Shown here: positions 11,283-24,786 of the stretch, piece after piece
Numbering within the stretch: position 1 is the stretch's first letter
Layout: each line of letters starts with the position of its first letter
Assembly (NCBI GenBank): GCA_001929475.1
Contig: LXFE01002012.1
Span: 1 to 54,560, forward strand
DNA: 54,560 nucleotides
Direction: 5' to 3'
Source of the DNA: Neolecta irregularis DAH-3
Taxonomy: Eukaryota
Notes under the pieces: model-generated
Databases searched by the model: none
Told to the model about the DNA's origin: nothing
Seen by the model: only the letters and a program-made list of their open reading frames with translations
Program-made: the position numbers and the translations under genes

Positions 11283-12363
11283 TTACGGTTGATTATGACG
11301 TTTGTCTTGAGTAGAAGGTTCTTCTGGATTTAAAGCAGGCTGTGCTTGCGGGTCGAGATTCTCCATGGGAGCGTCATCCATTTTCTCGTCGAGTTGGAAA
11401 GGGATACCGTTGTTAGAAGCTGAACTATTGATATTTTTAGGAGCTGTATCTTTGGTCCTGTCATCGCCGGTTTGTTGAGATTCATCGTTATCTTTCATCT
11501 GGATATCGGATTCGTCCTTCTCTCTAGAGGTTCCGGAACTAGGATTGTTTGGTTCACTTACATGACGAGTAGATGTCTGATTAGCATCTTCATTTTGGTT
11601 CACCTGTTCATCCCCTTCTTCAGATTCTTTCTTAAGTCGTCGCTGTTCATCTTCTTCATCTATGATCTGATCTTTAGCTCGAACGATTTGTTCGTCTATC
11701 TGATCGTCTTCGTCCGAACTTAGTTTCCAAGGGAGATAGTACAACCTTGGTTCAGCCTTTGTCTGGATAAAGTGGGCCTGGTGGAGCAATTGCGAATGCC
11801 GAGTTTGCATCTATCGTATTTATTAGCGTGTTCATCTTGAATAGAAAGACTTACGATTCCTTTTTCCATTTTCTGTTCGCTCAAGAGGACTTCTCGATTC
11901 ACCTCCCGTCGTTTTTCATCATTCTGCTCTTTCTCTTTTTGAGCCAGTTCCTCTTTTTCGCGCTGCAATCTTTCAGCCAATTTAGCTTCTATTTCTGCGC
12001 GACGGTTTGCTCCAGCCTTAGCTTTCGTAGAACTCGATTCCCTCTGAATCTTCCCTAAAGTTCCCAAAAGGTTGCCGAACATTTTCTGTCCCCGTTTTCT
12101 CTCATCTGCACCATCGAAGATAGAACTTCTCCGACGGGATGAGGCGTGTTCGGTGGAAGGTGCCAAACGAGGCCGTTTAGAATCCGGAGAATTAGTTGAC
12201 AAACGTCGTTTTTGGGTAGATGACTCTTTAGAGAATCCAGTGCCTTGCTCTCCTGCTGACCGAGAAATCGTTGAAGGGACGATAACGCTTGACGCAACAA
12301 TGGTTCTAGAATTATCAATAGGCTATTTCGCCAGGGCGATCTGTACGGGCCAGAGTGATTCAT
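11283..12363 (-). CDS. Pinin/SDK/memA domain protein (2 introns)
   Basis: DERKRGQKMFGNLLGTL, RRAEIEAK and AHFIQTKAEPRLYYLPWKL are pinin-domain motifs. Confidence 0.88.
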
Positions 12364-13730
12364 GCCTTAATATATAGAAGCCGGAGATGATACAACGAGG
12401 CAGTATCGTAGAAAAAGAAGATTTTTGAAAGCAATAATGCAACTATAGTCAGTGGGCAAGGTAGTTTCCGGAAGGATGAGTGAATCTCGGCGGTAGAGTA
12501 GTTGGGAGAAGGGAAGCAGTCACCACCAAGAAATGTTACCTACCAATCAACAATTGAGAACCTACAGACTTTTGAAAGAGCATTCGTTTCATATACACAA
12601 ATTAAGCTAGTGATACCAATGAATTGAGTGCGATAAAATGTGCAAATGTGCCATCGCATGATTGTGAGTATCAAGCTAGCGGTCCTTAATGTAGTGTAAC
12701 TTCTGAGTGGTAATGTAAGGATATACCTTTGGTATATCTTTTCCAATGCAGCAAGTGGCACGCAATATTGTGAGCCTTTCATTTTGTGTACATAAAGCAG
12801 AAGATGGGAGAAACCTGGTGTATGCTCACTATCTCAGACTAGGTATATCCCCATACAAAGCTCACTATTGTAGACTAGTATGCTACAAATCCTGGGTTTA
12901 TTTGTCCACTGTCGAGATTCTTACGGGGATGTATGTGATAATAACAACTCGTATACCAATACAGAATGAAGCCTGGTGCGCTAGATGCGCGCGTGCCTCA
13001 AATTTCCTATACGCTCTGTCAATCAGACCTCTGCTTCCTACAGGCGCGATTCAGCCTGTACTGCCGTGTGGGGCGGTGTGGACTTGGTAGTCCCCACAGA
13101 TCCTCAGACAAACTAGTGAATAAAGATTCATTCATATTCTTCTTCAGGGGAACGCTTCGTCGCGCCTTCTCACCCTCAATTGTTTCTATCTGGTCAAAGA
13201 TCGTGCGGCACAACACGCTGCAAAGAAAGTCTCCGGTAGTATAATTGTTTTGTCCGCCTTTCATTATTGTGTCATCGCTACACATGTCTTTATGCTCAGT
13301 GAGAGCCTGGTATCTTATCTCTATTTCCAACTTGAAACCCCTCTAAATCTGAATGAATGATAGGGTTTCCGGAACGTGAAACAATCTGATGAAGAAGTCC
13401 GATGTTTCTGCCTCTGGGTCTTGCGCTATGAAACCTTACTGGAAATTGCAAAAGTTTAAGTCAGATATAACGCGTCTCACGATAACTGCCATCTGAGGTA
13501 TTTTTATCCAAAATTAGTGTTATTTGAAGATAGAAAAGGAGGACACTTCGCTGTGCTGTCTTCATTCAATCTTTACCCGCCCGAAAAGTCTTTTTTACCT
13601 TTGAGGTTTGTCTTCAGTCACTCTGCTGATCTCGTAGGGTGCTTTTATTCATTACTTTTTCCTTTGAGGTTAATGTCTTGAGTAAGGAGATGTACTTACT
13701 ATCCAGCCGGCCTCTTCCAAACTTATCACT

Positions 13731-15537
13731 ATGCGTTATTCGCTTCTTTCTTTGAGCCTTCCAGTAGTATTCGGAGCACCTATAAAGACTGTCTCTTACC
13801 ACACGCAACTGGATTTTGGTATATGTGGTGATGTGAATCCTAAGATCATTTACACACTTAATCTTGATGTTAATGCTGGAAACACGTTTGAGCCAGAATC
13901 TTTGCAAGATTTTCCTCAATCTCCTGCAGGAGATATTGGACAAATCGTCTACTCCATCTGTCGGAAACTCGATAAAATATGCCAGGCGTCCAAAATAACC
14001 CTCGACATCTGTCAAGCTGCAGGACAGGCAGCCTCGAAAGCACCGATTGGTCAATTTCAAGCTGATGCTTTTAACGGAGTTTGGGAATCTTCTGTTCAGG
14101 GGGGAATATCTACTGAGACCTTAAAAGGCGGCATCGCTTTGGAAGGAAAACTCACTGCACGAAGCGAAAATTTAGAGCGTACGAACAGGTCGGTTCAGCT
14201 GATCCTAACGACGTTTAGCAAAGTCTGAACCAGGCGAAGATGATGCCTGTTCGGCTGATGATGAAGGACACGGCGGTGTTTCCAGCGGAAACGGTAATGG
14301 TATCCGAGATCCAGCGAAAACGATTCCACCCGTTGAGTCTCCCGGCGGCTTGAGTAGTGCGTCCACTGGATTTAGAGGTCCTAATGACTTTTAGCAAAGT
14401 CTGACCCAGGCCAAGACGATGACTGTTCGGATGATGATGATGAAGGACACAAAGGTGATGTTCCCATTGGAAACGGTACCGGTAGTATACCGAGTCCCGG
14501 GGAGACGGCCTCAGCTGCTCAGTCTCCGGGCGGCTCAGGTGTTGCGTTTCCTGGTCAACGTAAGAATAGCTAACGGGGTTTAGGGAAACCTGGGTTAGAC
14601 AGACAAAACACAGGCGCTGGCTCCAGCAAGCTCGATTTAGGCACCTGTACCGATGCCACTATTCGGTTTGGCATGGGCTTTCCCAATTTCCCGGCCCAAG
14701 AGTTTAGGTACAAGGCTAATAACACCGGAGAGTGTGTCATTCAACAATCGGTTATGACTAACTTGTAAGGTTTCCGCATGATGCTGCATTGAGGGCTCGT
14801 GTTATTATGGAATTCATCTGCGATACATTGGTGAACAATTGCAATGCTCCTCAACAGTCGAAACTGGCTTGCGATCAGATTGTGTGCGAATCCCGTTTAA
14901 ATTCGCAGCGCTAACTTTGCAGAAAGGAGATTATAGCTAAGGACCTTCCGTTGACAGGGGCTATAGCAGATGATTTTAACCGGGGCCTCGGATTCGATGT
15001 ATGCTGAACCTTAACTTCTCTAAATTTTCGCAGACAAATTTTGCTGCTATCAAAACCGATGCAGAATCGGTGGCAACAACAGTAATCAACGGGGAAACTG
15101 TCTTCCTTTTGCCGTTGGATCCGAAATGCAAAGATCCAACAATCTTATATGGTGCTGGGCTAGGTGGTCGATCATCAACTGAATTTTCTTTTAAGGCGAA
15201 TAATTCACTGTGCGCTTCTTCTCGGTAGTTAATTGATACCCTAGATTCTTCGGCGGAACTGCCTTCAATGCCGAAATCGTCGGTCGTGCCATTTGTGATG
15301 GCTTTCAAAATAACTGTGGGCTAAAGCTGACTCAAGAAGCTTGTAGTAATTTTGCGTATGATCTCGGTTGGTTTATTACCTAACTGAAGGAACTCGGATG
15401 ATCTCAAATCTAAGGCGAAAAGTCCTATATTCGCCGATATTTGGAATAAGAGATTCAATTTAACAGTAATTGATTGCTGTTACAGTCGGCTGATGATTTA
15501 GTCTGACTTTGCGCACTCGGTCCAAAAGCCATTATAG
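13731..15537 (+). CDS. Secreted protein A with three copies of a Cys-containing fungal domain and a Gly/Asp linker (~9 introns)
   Basis: Signal peptide MRYSLLSLSLPVVFG, then three repeats of LD.G.C.D..I.F..G......F...N...F.H.......I..FIC..L...C.....C......AD.FN. Spliced model is in frame through to TAG at 15535-15537. Confidence 0.8.
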
Positions 15538-16240
15538 GGTAGTTGGGCAATTTTATGAAGGCCCACTGAATATTTTGATGCGGAGTTATAGGTTTGATTC
15601 TGTATGTCCTTGTTATCGATGTTTTCCTGCCCCCCTGCCGGCAGCGTGAATAATGGTTCCTTTTCATCGAATAAGAGAGCGCGAGATACTATTGCCTCAC
15701 TGAAATTGATTAGCAGAAGTTCTGATTCATCGCGGCTGGTCTTTTGGCTTAGCTGTTTCCGTGGAAAATATCCATTTGATATAGGATTTGGAAGTCCTGC
15801 TTAGACTCAGGCTATATGATGTGTGCAGCCCCCCAGTTTCTCCAAAGAAGGATATGCCGGGAAAAATCTAGGAGACCCATATATTCTTCCAGAATTATTG
15901 CCATTTCTGAACCAAGTAGATGGTTGAATAGATCGTTTGAATATAATTAAGTTCGTTGTATCCCCAATTTTGCAAGCAGTTTCTCAATTGCGATTATTCC
16001 AGAGTCCATGAACGAATAAAATATAGAAGGAAGAGAGAGGTGTGACTGCCAAACTCCTTTCTCAATCTTTTCGCGTTTATAGTCGCGTGACAGCGTGTCA
16101 AAAGTCTTCTCTTATTTGGACTTGGGGATCTCTAGTCTAAGAGAGGCTAAGATTTCGATAGATTGAACCCTTCCATGCATTGGGGGAGGTGGCATTGTGA
16201 ATGAAGGTGAAACCCGTCTGCATGCCGTAAGGGCGTGTGC

Positions 16241-16380
16241 CCTAGGAAGCCCTTTTTACCTATCTCAGGCGAGTCGGCAGGACGCAAAGAAAATCCGTCG
16301 AAGATNNNNNNNNNNCCTAGGAAGCCCTTTTTACCTATCTCAGGCGAGTCGGCAGGACGCAAAGAAAATCCGTCGAAGAT
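16241..16380. other. Scaffold gap (10 N at 16306-16315) flanked by an exact 65-bp duplication; assembly artefact
   Basis: 16241-16305 is identical to 16316-16380 on either side of the N run. Confidence 0.85.
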
Positions 16381-16722
16381 CCGCCTTCAAACCCGAGATC
16401 CTGCGCCCCATGCACCAGCTCGCACTTCCTGTTTTGATGGAATATTTGGTATGTTCGACGACAACACGAATTACATCCCCTTTAGTTATATGCGATTTGC
16501 CTGGCTCGCTGCAAGAACTAGAAGGCTAGCATGATTATGGGGGGATTTTCTGGGTGGACTTTTGCACTAAGAAGGACTGTCCCGATAGGAAAACCCCATT
16601 TGCGTCTCACGATGCCGAAATGGCTAGAGTCTCCTGGCCGAATTACTCATCGAGTTTGGCCTGTTCATGGGAGAAAGCTGTCTTGAGCCCTCTCACCTCT
16701 TCACTCGCTCTCTCTCATACTA

Positions 16723-18223
16723 ATGCGGCTTCAGTTTTCTGGAATCATATTAAGTACTTTTCTTTTCTTCGGAACATCAGTTGGTCTAGATGATGAGCAA
16801 CAGGTGTCCCTCGATCTGGGTACTTGCAATGACACAAACCCTTCCATTGAATGGGGAGTCTTCGATTTGACCAATGTTGAAAAGTTCAAGCCGGCCCAAC
16901 CCGCTGCATTCAACACTGAGCTTTCGTCAGATATTAGCAAGATTGATACTTTCATATGTCAAACACTGGAAACATTATGCCAAGCTTCTCAAGTGGCTCT
17001 TGATGCTTGTACAGCAGGAGTAAAGGCAGCAGCTGTTGCAACCGTTGGTGGAGCTCAAGCCGATGCCTTCAATGCGGCCTTGTATATTTCGGTATGTTGG
17101 TCTTTAATGCACTTATTAAGAATAAATAAGACCAATTTCGCTTCCCAAAGTCCAGAAGGTTCCGACTTTATTGAAACCATGGATGTTGCGTTACCTCACC
17201 GGCATCCAGGTAGGTCTAGGACGGTTGCTTCTAGTTGTTACCCCAACACTTGTTATAACGAAAATTCAATTCCAGTCATTGATCTTGGAATATGCACCGA
17301 TGTAACCATCAAGTTTGGTCCAGGGTTTGAGGGTCGCAAATCTCAGGAGTTCTCATTTCAAGCCAATAATCTCTTAGAGTATTCCTACTGTCTTCTATTA
17401 CATTGACTCTTAGTTTTCCTCATGGCACAACGTTAGATATTAGTACCATCTTGGATTTTATATGCAATACAATCGATAAATGCCAAGCAAAGGATCTTAA
17501 ATCTCTCTGCAACCAAGCTCAGTAAGACTATTCTAAATGAATAGCAAGCTGACCTTGCAGAAATTGTGTTAATTCTAAAAATCTCGGAGCTGTAGGTGCT
17601 GCGGCGGATACCTTCAACCTGGTTTTTGGGAAGAAGGTATGCCCCTTGCTTGATTTAAAAGATCCTAACGGTAACAGACGAATTATAGCGGAGTTAGCAT
17701 AAACGCATTTGATGTGGCAACAAGCGTGTCAAATGGCGTTGCTGCTATTACGGCTCTCGGAACTTGCAGCGATGCATCCCTAGTATGTGCAGCAGGATTA
17801 GAGGGTCGGTCAATGTACGAATTCGCGTTTATTCCCAGCAATCTCAAAGAGTACGTCTTTATCTCATACATCTGAACCAATATTCTAGATTTTCCCACGG
17901 AAGTTCTGACACTGGCAGTAATATTGCCCAGTTTATATGTGAGCGATTGGATAGTCAATGTGGTGTCCGATTAACTGCCGACGTCTGTCGTAATTACGTG
18001 TACGTCTTCACAAGAAAAATTATCTGACCCTATAGGAATGCTCTCGAAGGTCATATTTCAAGTAGGAAATGTTTATTTGCTGATATGTTCAACAAAGGAT
18101 TTGGAAAATTTGTAAGTATACCATTTCGAGAGGAAGTAACGTCCTTAGACGAACTATGCCGATCTTGACAACTCGAATGGAGCGCAAAATAGTTCTCTTT
18201 TGGTGAGACCGGTAAGAAATTAA
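16723..18223 (+). CDS. Secreted protein B, tandem paralog of A, three domain copies (7 introns)
   Basis: Signal peptide, then LDLGTCNDTNPSI...ADAFN, IDLGICTDVTIKFGPGFEGRKSQEFSF...ADTFN and ALGTCSDASL...GLEGRS...FSHGSS...QFICERLDSQC...ADMFN. Stop TAA at 18221-18223. Confidence 0.82.
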
Positions 18224-18699
18224 AATGAAGTAACATTTTTGCAAACATAATCAATCAGCATGTTGCCTTGCCATAATCTCCCTTGAGTCTTTTTGCGTTA
18301 ATGGAACAATTGCAAATGCTCGCAGCCACTGAAGAGCATAGTTTGCGTTGCAAGATCAAACGAAAACCAAATACAGACCGTGATTCGATGCAAAGGACAA
18401 TCAACCAAGCCTACCCAGAGAAAGTAACAGATCTAATGATCCATTTAGAAGCCTTTTCCATGTCAAAGTTCGAGTGAACACAATCGCTAATGAAAGTACT
18501 TTTCATTATCCATACAGCATTCTGGAATCCAGGGGAGGAAAGTATATTATTTTTTAAGAGAAGTTTTAGTACTGCCTTATGCCATTATATACAAATTGTG
18601 GTAAATAGTTTTGTAACATGAAATGTTGAAAAATCTTCCGGTTTGTGATTCGCAGATATGAACACGAAGCAAAGGATATTCCGGAAAAATCCATTTATA

Positions 18700-19781
18700 C
18701 TATTTCCCGATCCCAATCAAAGTTTCATCGTCGTGATCCATACTAAACGCTTCATCAGATTTAGAGGTTGGAGAACTTTGAAAGCCAACTCCGCTATTAC
18801 TCTGAGTACTGGTACGGCATACATAACCTTTCTCTCTCAGAGGAATACCAATGGCCCGAAGCCACCGACGATATATTTGAACAGTGTCTGGGCCAAAGCC
18901 GAAGAAAGCAAAAGTGATGAAAGACGTGATTGGAGATATGTAGTGGTGATCGAGCTTTGTTTTTTGATTGTTGTAAAAGGCCGTTATAGTATCCCAAAAT
19001 TCCCAATGGCATAATTCCCAACGGTACTCAGTTTTCGGATTTTTCAAGTCCTCGACTAATACAACGAAAGTGAGAGGAGTCGCATAGCACAGAATGATAA
19101 GAGACATTAAAACCAGTCGAATGAAGCGGGACTCATTCAATCCGGATCCTTGAAGGATTGAATCAACCTTTCGTCGCCGTCGAATATAACGCACGATCAA
19201 GAGAACTAATTTCATTAATCTCTTTTATCTTTGAAGAAGAGTTAACTAGAGTAGCTTGATGCGACGACGCAAAATATGGAAGGCCAGATAGATATCAATC
19301 CCACCAGGAGCCACGAGGGATAAACTGATGGCTTGCAACCATAAAGCCCATAAACGATATATCGATTTGGTTGAACAATATAATGTACTCCCATAATAAA
19401 AACCGGAGGAAATATACAAATGATTGAATCTTGAATTAATCTTCGTCTTCGAGCTTCTCGGGTCGTGAAACTCGCTGAAGCCTTCATGATATTTGCAAGG
19501 TAACGGATCAAAGCTGTAATCGAAGCGAGAATACCAATAGATTTTGCTAGAGTAATCTTGACTGCAACATCGCAATATCCGGTTCCAACCCAGGCTTCTG
19601 ACTCTAAAGGATCTGGATCGACCCAAATGATACTGTTGATGAAGGAAACCAAATTCGAGGCGATAAGCCAAAAGAGCAGACTGATAACCGGAATATTTCG
19701 ATGTTGGATATGCCAAATACCCGGGACGATACAGAGAAAAATAGCTATTCCGCAGAGAACTGTAAAGACCGTGTCGCCCAT
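18700..19781 (-). CDS. map3: STE3-family (a-factor/M-factor type) pheromone GPCR, 1 intron
   Basis: Seven TM helices with NLVSFINSIIW, GYCDVAVKI, HYIVQPNRY..YGLYGC, SGLNESRFIRL and FAFFGFG. Confidence 0.93.
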
Positions 19782-20150
19782 GGAACTAGTTTTTCAAAAG
19801 AGAGTTGGAGATTCTCCCTCCGGCATATATGCAAAAAGATCAGATTAAGACAAGGCTTGCTACTTGTCTGGTGTAGTCCTTTGGACAGTTTCTATTGGAA
19901 ACTTGTTTAGGTAATAATAGAAAGCGAAATTCCAGAAATATTTCCTTTTTGGGACTCTAATAGGCTCCGCTCTACCATATCGGTCTGAAGCAGAGACTTT
20001 GTAATCGCTGAAGACGTTGGGCTCGTAGATATAGAAAAGAAACAGGGAATGGCTTCGCCTAGACGGAAGACATCGCATGGTTAGTCCAATTTATCTCCGA
20101 GTTGGAAGAGTGTCACCTCAAAACAATGGGTTCTTACCACCTATTGAGAA

Positions 20151-21482
20151 ATGGCCTTTTTGTCAACATCAACACCGCGGAGTGAAAAATATCCTCTTTT
20201 GTTAAAAGTGGTCAAGGTTATCTCATTGGTTGTGACAGTGAATATCGCAGTATGGGCGGCAACCTTGATCGTGTTGCAATGGCATGTGTACATATCAGGC
20301 GAAAAAGAATATCCTCTGATCTTGCAAGAAATCTCTCTTCAGCCGCGATTCTTTCGTATACACTTGGGTTAAGACATGGATTTGATGCAGATCATATCAC
20401 AGCGATTGATTTGAGTACGTCTTATCAACTGGATAGATAGTGACCTAATAAGCAACTCGCAAACTCATCGCCCTCGACCAACAACCCGTTACAGTGGGCT
20501 TATTTTTCAGCCTCGGTCATTCTACAGTTGTTGCCATAGTCTGTGTCATCGTGGCAGCTACAAGTACAGCACTTGCAGATCGATTCGATACATTTGGAAC
20601 CGTAGGCGGAATTATTGGGGTCAGTGTGTCTTGCGTGTATGAATTTATGTGAATCCGAGTTTACTTATTACAAGATTCCTCTTTCTGATTGCGATTTCAA
20701 ATATTATCATCGTGCGGGGACAAATCAGACAGATGAATCGGTTATTACGAAACGAAGCGATTTACGACGATGACATTTTACTTGGAGGCGGTGGTACATG
20801 TGCAAGAACAATTAACAAAGTTTTCAACCTAATTGATGCGCCGTGGAAAATGTATCCGCGTACGGTTCTTTTTGTGGTTGGACTAATGGACTTCCAAGTT
20901 GGATTTTTGTTTGGACTGGGATTCGACACTTCTACAGAAATTGCTCTTCTTGGGATCGCATCGATAAAAGCAGCTGCGAAAACGTCTTTATGGCTTATTC
21001 TTTTTTTCCCAGCATTATTTACCTGCGGAATGTGTCTCATTGATACCACAGATGGAGCTTTGATGAGCATGGCATACAGCTCTAACTCATTTACAACAGA
21101 TCCCAGAACTCGTTTATATTATTCCATCGTGTTGACAATTCTTTCGATTTCGGTAGCCCTTGTTATTGCGTTTATCCAGCTTTTAAGCCTGATTTTGAAT
21201 GTTGCACATCCTACAGGTCGCTTTTGGGATGGTGTTGAAACGCTTGGTGATCGGTATGATATCGTCGGAGGGATAATAATTGGACTTTTTATATTTGTTG
21301 GCATACTTTCCGTGATTGGACATCGATTATGGAAGGATAAATGGTCACAGCCAACATATGCAGGCGTTTGTCAAGCGAAAAATTACCCTGAGAATGATAT
21401 GCGAAACGAACCACCAAGGATAGCAACATCGATATCAAAAGGTCGACCGTTGTCTTCTGGGGAAGAATTCCAGCCTATGTGA
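20151..21482 (+). CDS. nic1: High-affinity nickel permease (NiCoT), 4 introns
   Basis: LGLRHGFDADHI signature, FSLGHST, and GFLFGLGFDTSTE. Confidence 0.95.
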
Positions 21483-22298
21483 ATTTTGCTTTAAGATACA
21501 CGTCTTTGCAATGTCGTTGGAAGGTTGTCTTGATCGACTCAGATAAATGGTCATAGTCCGACCCAATACTTGCTGCATTCCACTCTAGACTTTCTCACAA
21601 TTGAATATATTATCTCGTTCTTAAGCTATGTTCTTGGATGTTTTAACCCGCAGACTCTTGTGTCCTTATATCTCGAGAACATTTATCCGGAGTATCTACC
21701 CAAGTTAACTCTGTGATGACATTACTAGGGAGTAATCATCAGCCCGACTATATTCTATAAGAATGTGATCTTTAGGAATTCCAAGTTCTCAGCCATCTCT
21801 CTTGAGAGTAAGTCTCTAAAACATTGTCTTTGTAAGCATATACCCTCGGGTAGAGCTTACCATTACGGAAGGAAGGCTTGTGAGGACAGCATTTCACCCC
21901 GAAACCGACGGATCATCAGAAGGTCTAATAAGACAATTATTCAGATTCTACGGACATGTGTAGATGAATCGCAGATATTTACAAGGCTTCTATTTCTGAA
22001 TTAAAGTGCATCGTTGCCCTTGGAAATGCCAAGAACTATGATATTGATAATTCCAGGTTTCCTTGTGTGATGTGTCGAACCCAGGACTTGACCTTTGCGA
22101 AGATCGCCGGGAGCTGTTAGGTGTACAAATTCGTTCGCATAAATATATACATTATGTATCGCATATGAAACATGTACCCCATGAAACTGAGCTTTCTTTC
22201 CAGCCAAAAAATGGTTGTGCAAGTCACAAAACTGGTGGAGCCGAAGATGCTGATCCAACCGGAGCGCATTCCTGTTCACCTCCACTTGCGCTATTCCC

Positions 22299-23452
22299 AT
22301 GGCATCTCCTGAGATAACCCCGTCGGCGCCTTGTCCTCCTCCAACTCCAGACAAAACCGATTATGACCAGTCTGCAGATAGTCTTCCGGTGTCCAGAGCA
22401 TACTCTACATCATCCCAACAGTTCCTGACCAAACAACTGCCCCAATCTTTTCTCACAATTCGTCCATACTTGTCGTCTTCGTCGGCTTCTTATAGCTGGA
22501 AAGTAAAGATCTGGAAGTTGTATATTACCATCTTGGATACCGCCGCAAAAGCCTCGCAAGAGGAGGGGAAAAAAGTGTGGGGTAGAGGCGAATGGTCAAG
22601 GGTTATGCGGCTTGCGAAATACAACGCTGTATGGGACGAATGTGAACAAGCCTTTGGTCAGAATGATATGGATCTAGATGTCGTCACGGCATTGTATATG
22701 TTTCTTTACAAGAGCTTCAGCTCACATCAAGAATTATGGTCTCTTTAAGACATGCAGACAATTTGCGCGATTTGCGGAAACGGATCGAGAAATACCTGGA
22801 CTTCGACACTAAACAGGAAAATCTGCGGATTAGGTCGTTAATTGAACTTTACATAATGCACGTTCTACCAAAATCGAATGACTGGGAATATGCAAGAGAA
22901 TTTATTAATACTCGGTTTTCATCTCAAGGGCAATATAAGACAGTACAATCCCAACATCTGGTCCATCATTTATAATTTATTTAGGACATCCTGAAGCGTT
23001 TGAATGAGATCGAGAATAACACGATTGCTGAAACCGCCGAGAAGATCCGTCTAGAGGAAGAAGCTCACAAACTTGAGCAGAAACAAAACAAGAAATTTCT
23101 GTTGCCACATGACTCCACGCGCAGGATTTCATTTTCAGAGACCCAGTCGGTTACTGACGACCATTCGAAAGCGGAACTGACATCGTTGTCTAAAGAATCA
23201 ACCACAACCGGATCAAAATCCTTTACACGACCTTTAACTCCATCTAAAAACCCCATGGGTCTCGTCAGTCATTTGAGACATTCGATATCTCTCTCCAACT
23301 CTGGATTCATTCGGATTATAATTTTTTTGATGGCTTTGTTCGGGGTACTGGGAAGAAAGTATATGAGGCGGAAGGCTATGGATTTCCTTAGAGTGGTATA
23401 CGGAAAGGCGATATCTACTTTGGGGATGGGTATCAGAGCGACCTATATGTAA
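22299..23452 (+). CDS. PEX26: Peroxin Pex26-like tail-anchored protein (2 introns)
   Basis: YS.SSQQFLTKQL, KVKIWKLYITIL, EEGKKVWGRGEW, ELYIMHVLPKSNDWEYAREFI, and a C-terminal TM ending TLGMGIRATYM. Confidence 0.82.
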
Positions 23453-23973
23453 GAACTTGTGTGCGATCTCCTTGGAGGATGGATATGATAATGGCGCGCT
23501 TTTGGATAAGCATATTCCGTGTATTTCCCAGGTATGAACAAGTATTGTTCAGACTTTTTAATCGACAAAGCAGAGTAATATCCAGATTTTTCCTCTATAG
23601 GCTTAACTATTCAGTGGCTTATAAACAAGATTGTGCATAGGTTATACCTTCATAGCCAGTCTTGACTTTCTCATAATCGAAATAGAATCTTGAAGTCCCT
23701 CTCACAACTCTAGGCATAAAATAATCAAAACAATGTGATTCGAAATACCGTTATACAGCATCTGACTTTCCAGATCTACCAAATCCTGCAGACTGTCATC
23801 AAAGTAGATACATGCGGTTTTCGCAAGTTCCTTGACTCGCAACTTTCGTCCTCCTAGGAATATGAGAAGTGCTGGTAATTCTTAAATCGGGCTCATAATA
23901 GCGCGTGCTCTCCGACCTTGTATGTAGAGAAAAAACTTTTAGCTGGTGAGTTGTGATCAACCTTCACCTCCGG

Positions 23974-24690
23974 ATGGATCCCTTCGAAGGCCGATTGTCA
24001 TTTCTAAACCACCTCAAACATTTAAATGCGTCGCATTCATCATCCCAAAAATGCGCCCAATTTGCTCTTCGGCATTCTGATCTAGCAGAAGACCTATTCA
24101 GCTGTATACTCGAAGAACTCGACTCGGTATGTATCTTCTACGTTTGAACTTTAATCGGTAGACACACTTGAATGTACGTGTCAACCTATTACACCTTGTC
24201 GAAACTATATTAGATAATCCAGCGTCTAAGGAAACTTTATATCCTGACCTATTTTCAACAAATGTGGAGCGAATTTTAAAGAATTGTGTTCCTGCTGAAG
24301 GCGGGAGGGTAAATTTACAAGTTGTGAAGAAAGTACTTGAGCGGATGTATGCCAAGGGATATATTGACGCATCTTTGATGGAGGGGTTACAGCGAAAGTA
24401 TCCACTATTCAAACGAAAACGAATGCATTGATCTAGTAGCGATTTTTCCGTCCACGAATTTGGGAAAGAGGAAATATTGAGGCGCTTCGAAGAGGATAGG
24501 GAGAGGGTATGTTATATGGGAGCAAAGTGAAAAACTAACAGTACAGCATAAAAGACTCAGGGAAAATATATGGCAGATTGCATCCGATATGGAGTTCGAC
24601 AGAATGTGGGAAGAGAGCGCAGACTTTGACGAGATAGACTGGGTTTACATGAGGGAAGAATTTGAAAAACTAGAATCTTCAACAGGATAG
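23974..24690 (+). CDS. CTK3: CTD kinase I gamma subunit Ctk3 (3 introns)
   Basis: MDPFEGRLSF...LNASHSSSQKCAQFALR...EDLFSCILEEL and RRFEEDRERHKRLRENIW. Confidence 0.9.
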
Positions 24691-24786
24691 ATTGTGATTA
24701 TTATATGGTTCGCCTACTTTCCCGATAAAAGGGAGCTTCAACCTCGAGGTATCCACCAGAGATGATACGATTGTTCATGACTATTA

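Noticed and set aside
12540-13400. Overlapping short ORFs, a small hairpin and GCTCACTAT..AGACTAG repeats
   Set aside because: No recognisable domain, element termini or consistent splice model.
16241-16380. Exact 65-bp direct repeat
   Set aside because: It flanks a 10-N scaffold gap, so it is a typical unmerged contig overlap.
18224-18700. Pheromone precursor next to the receptor
   Set aside because: The small ORFs I read do not end in CaaX.
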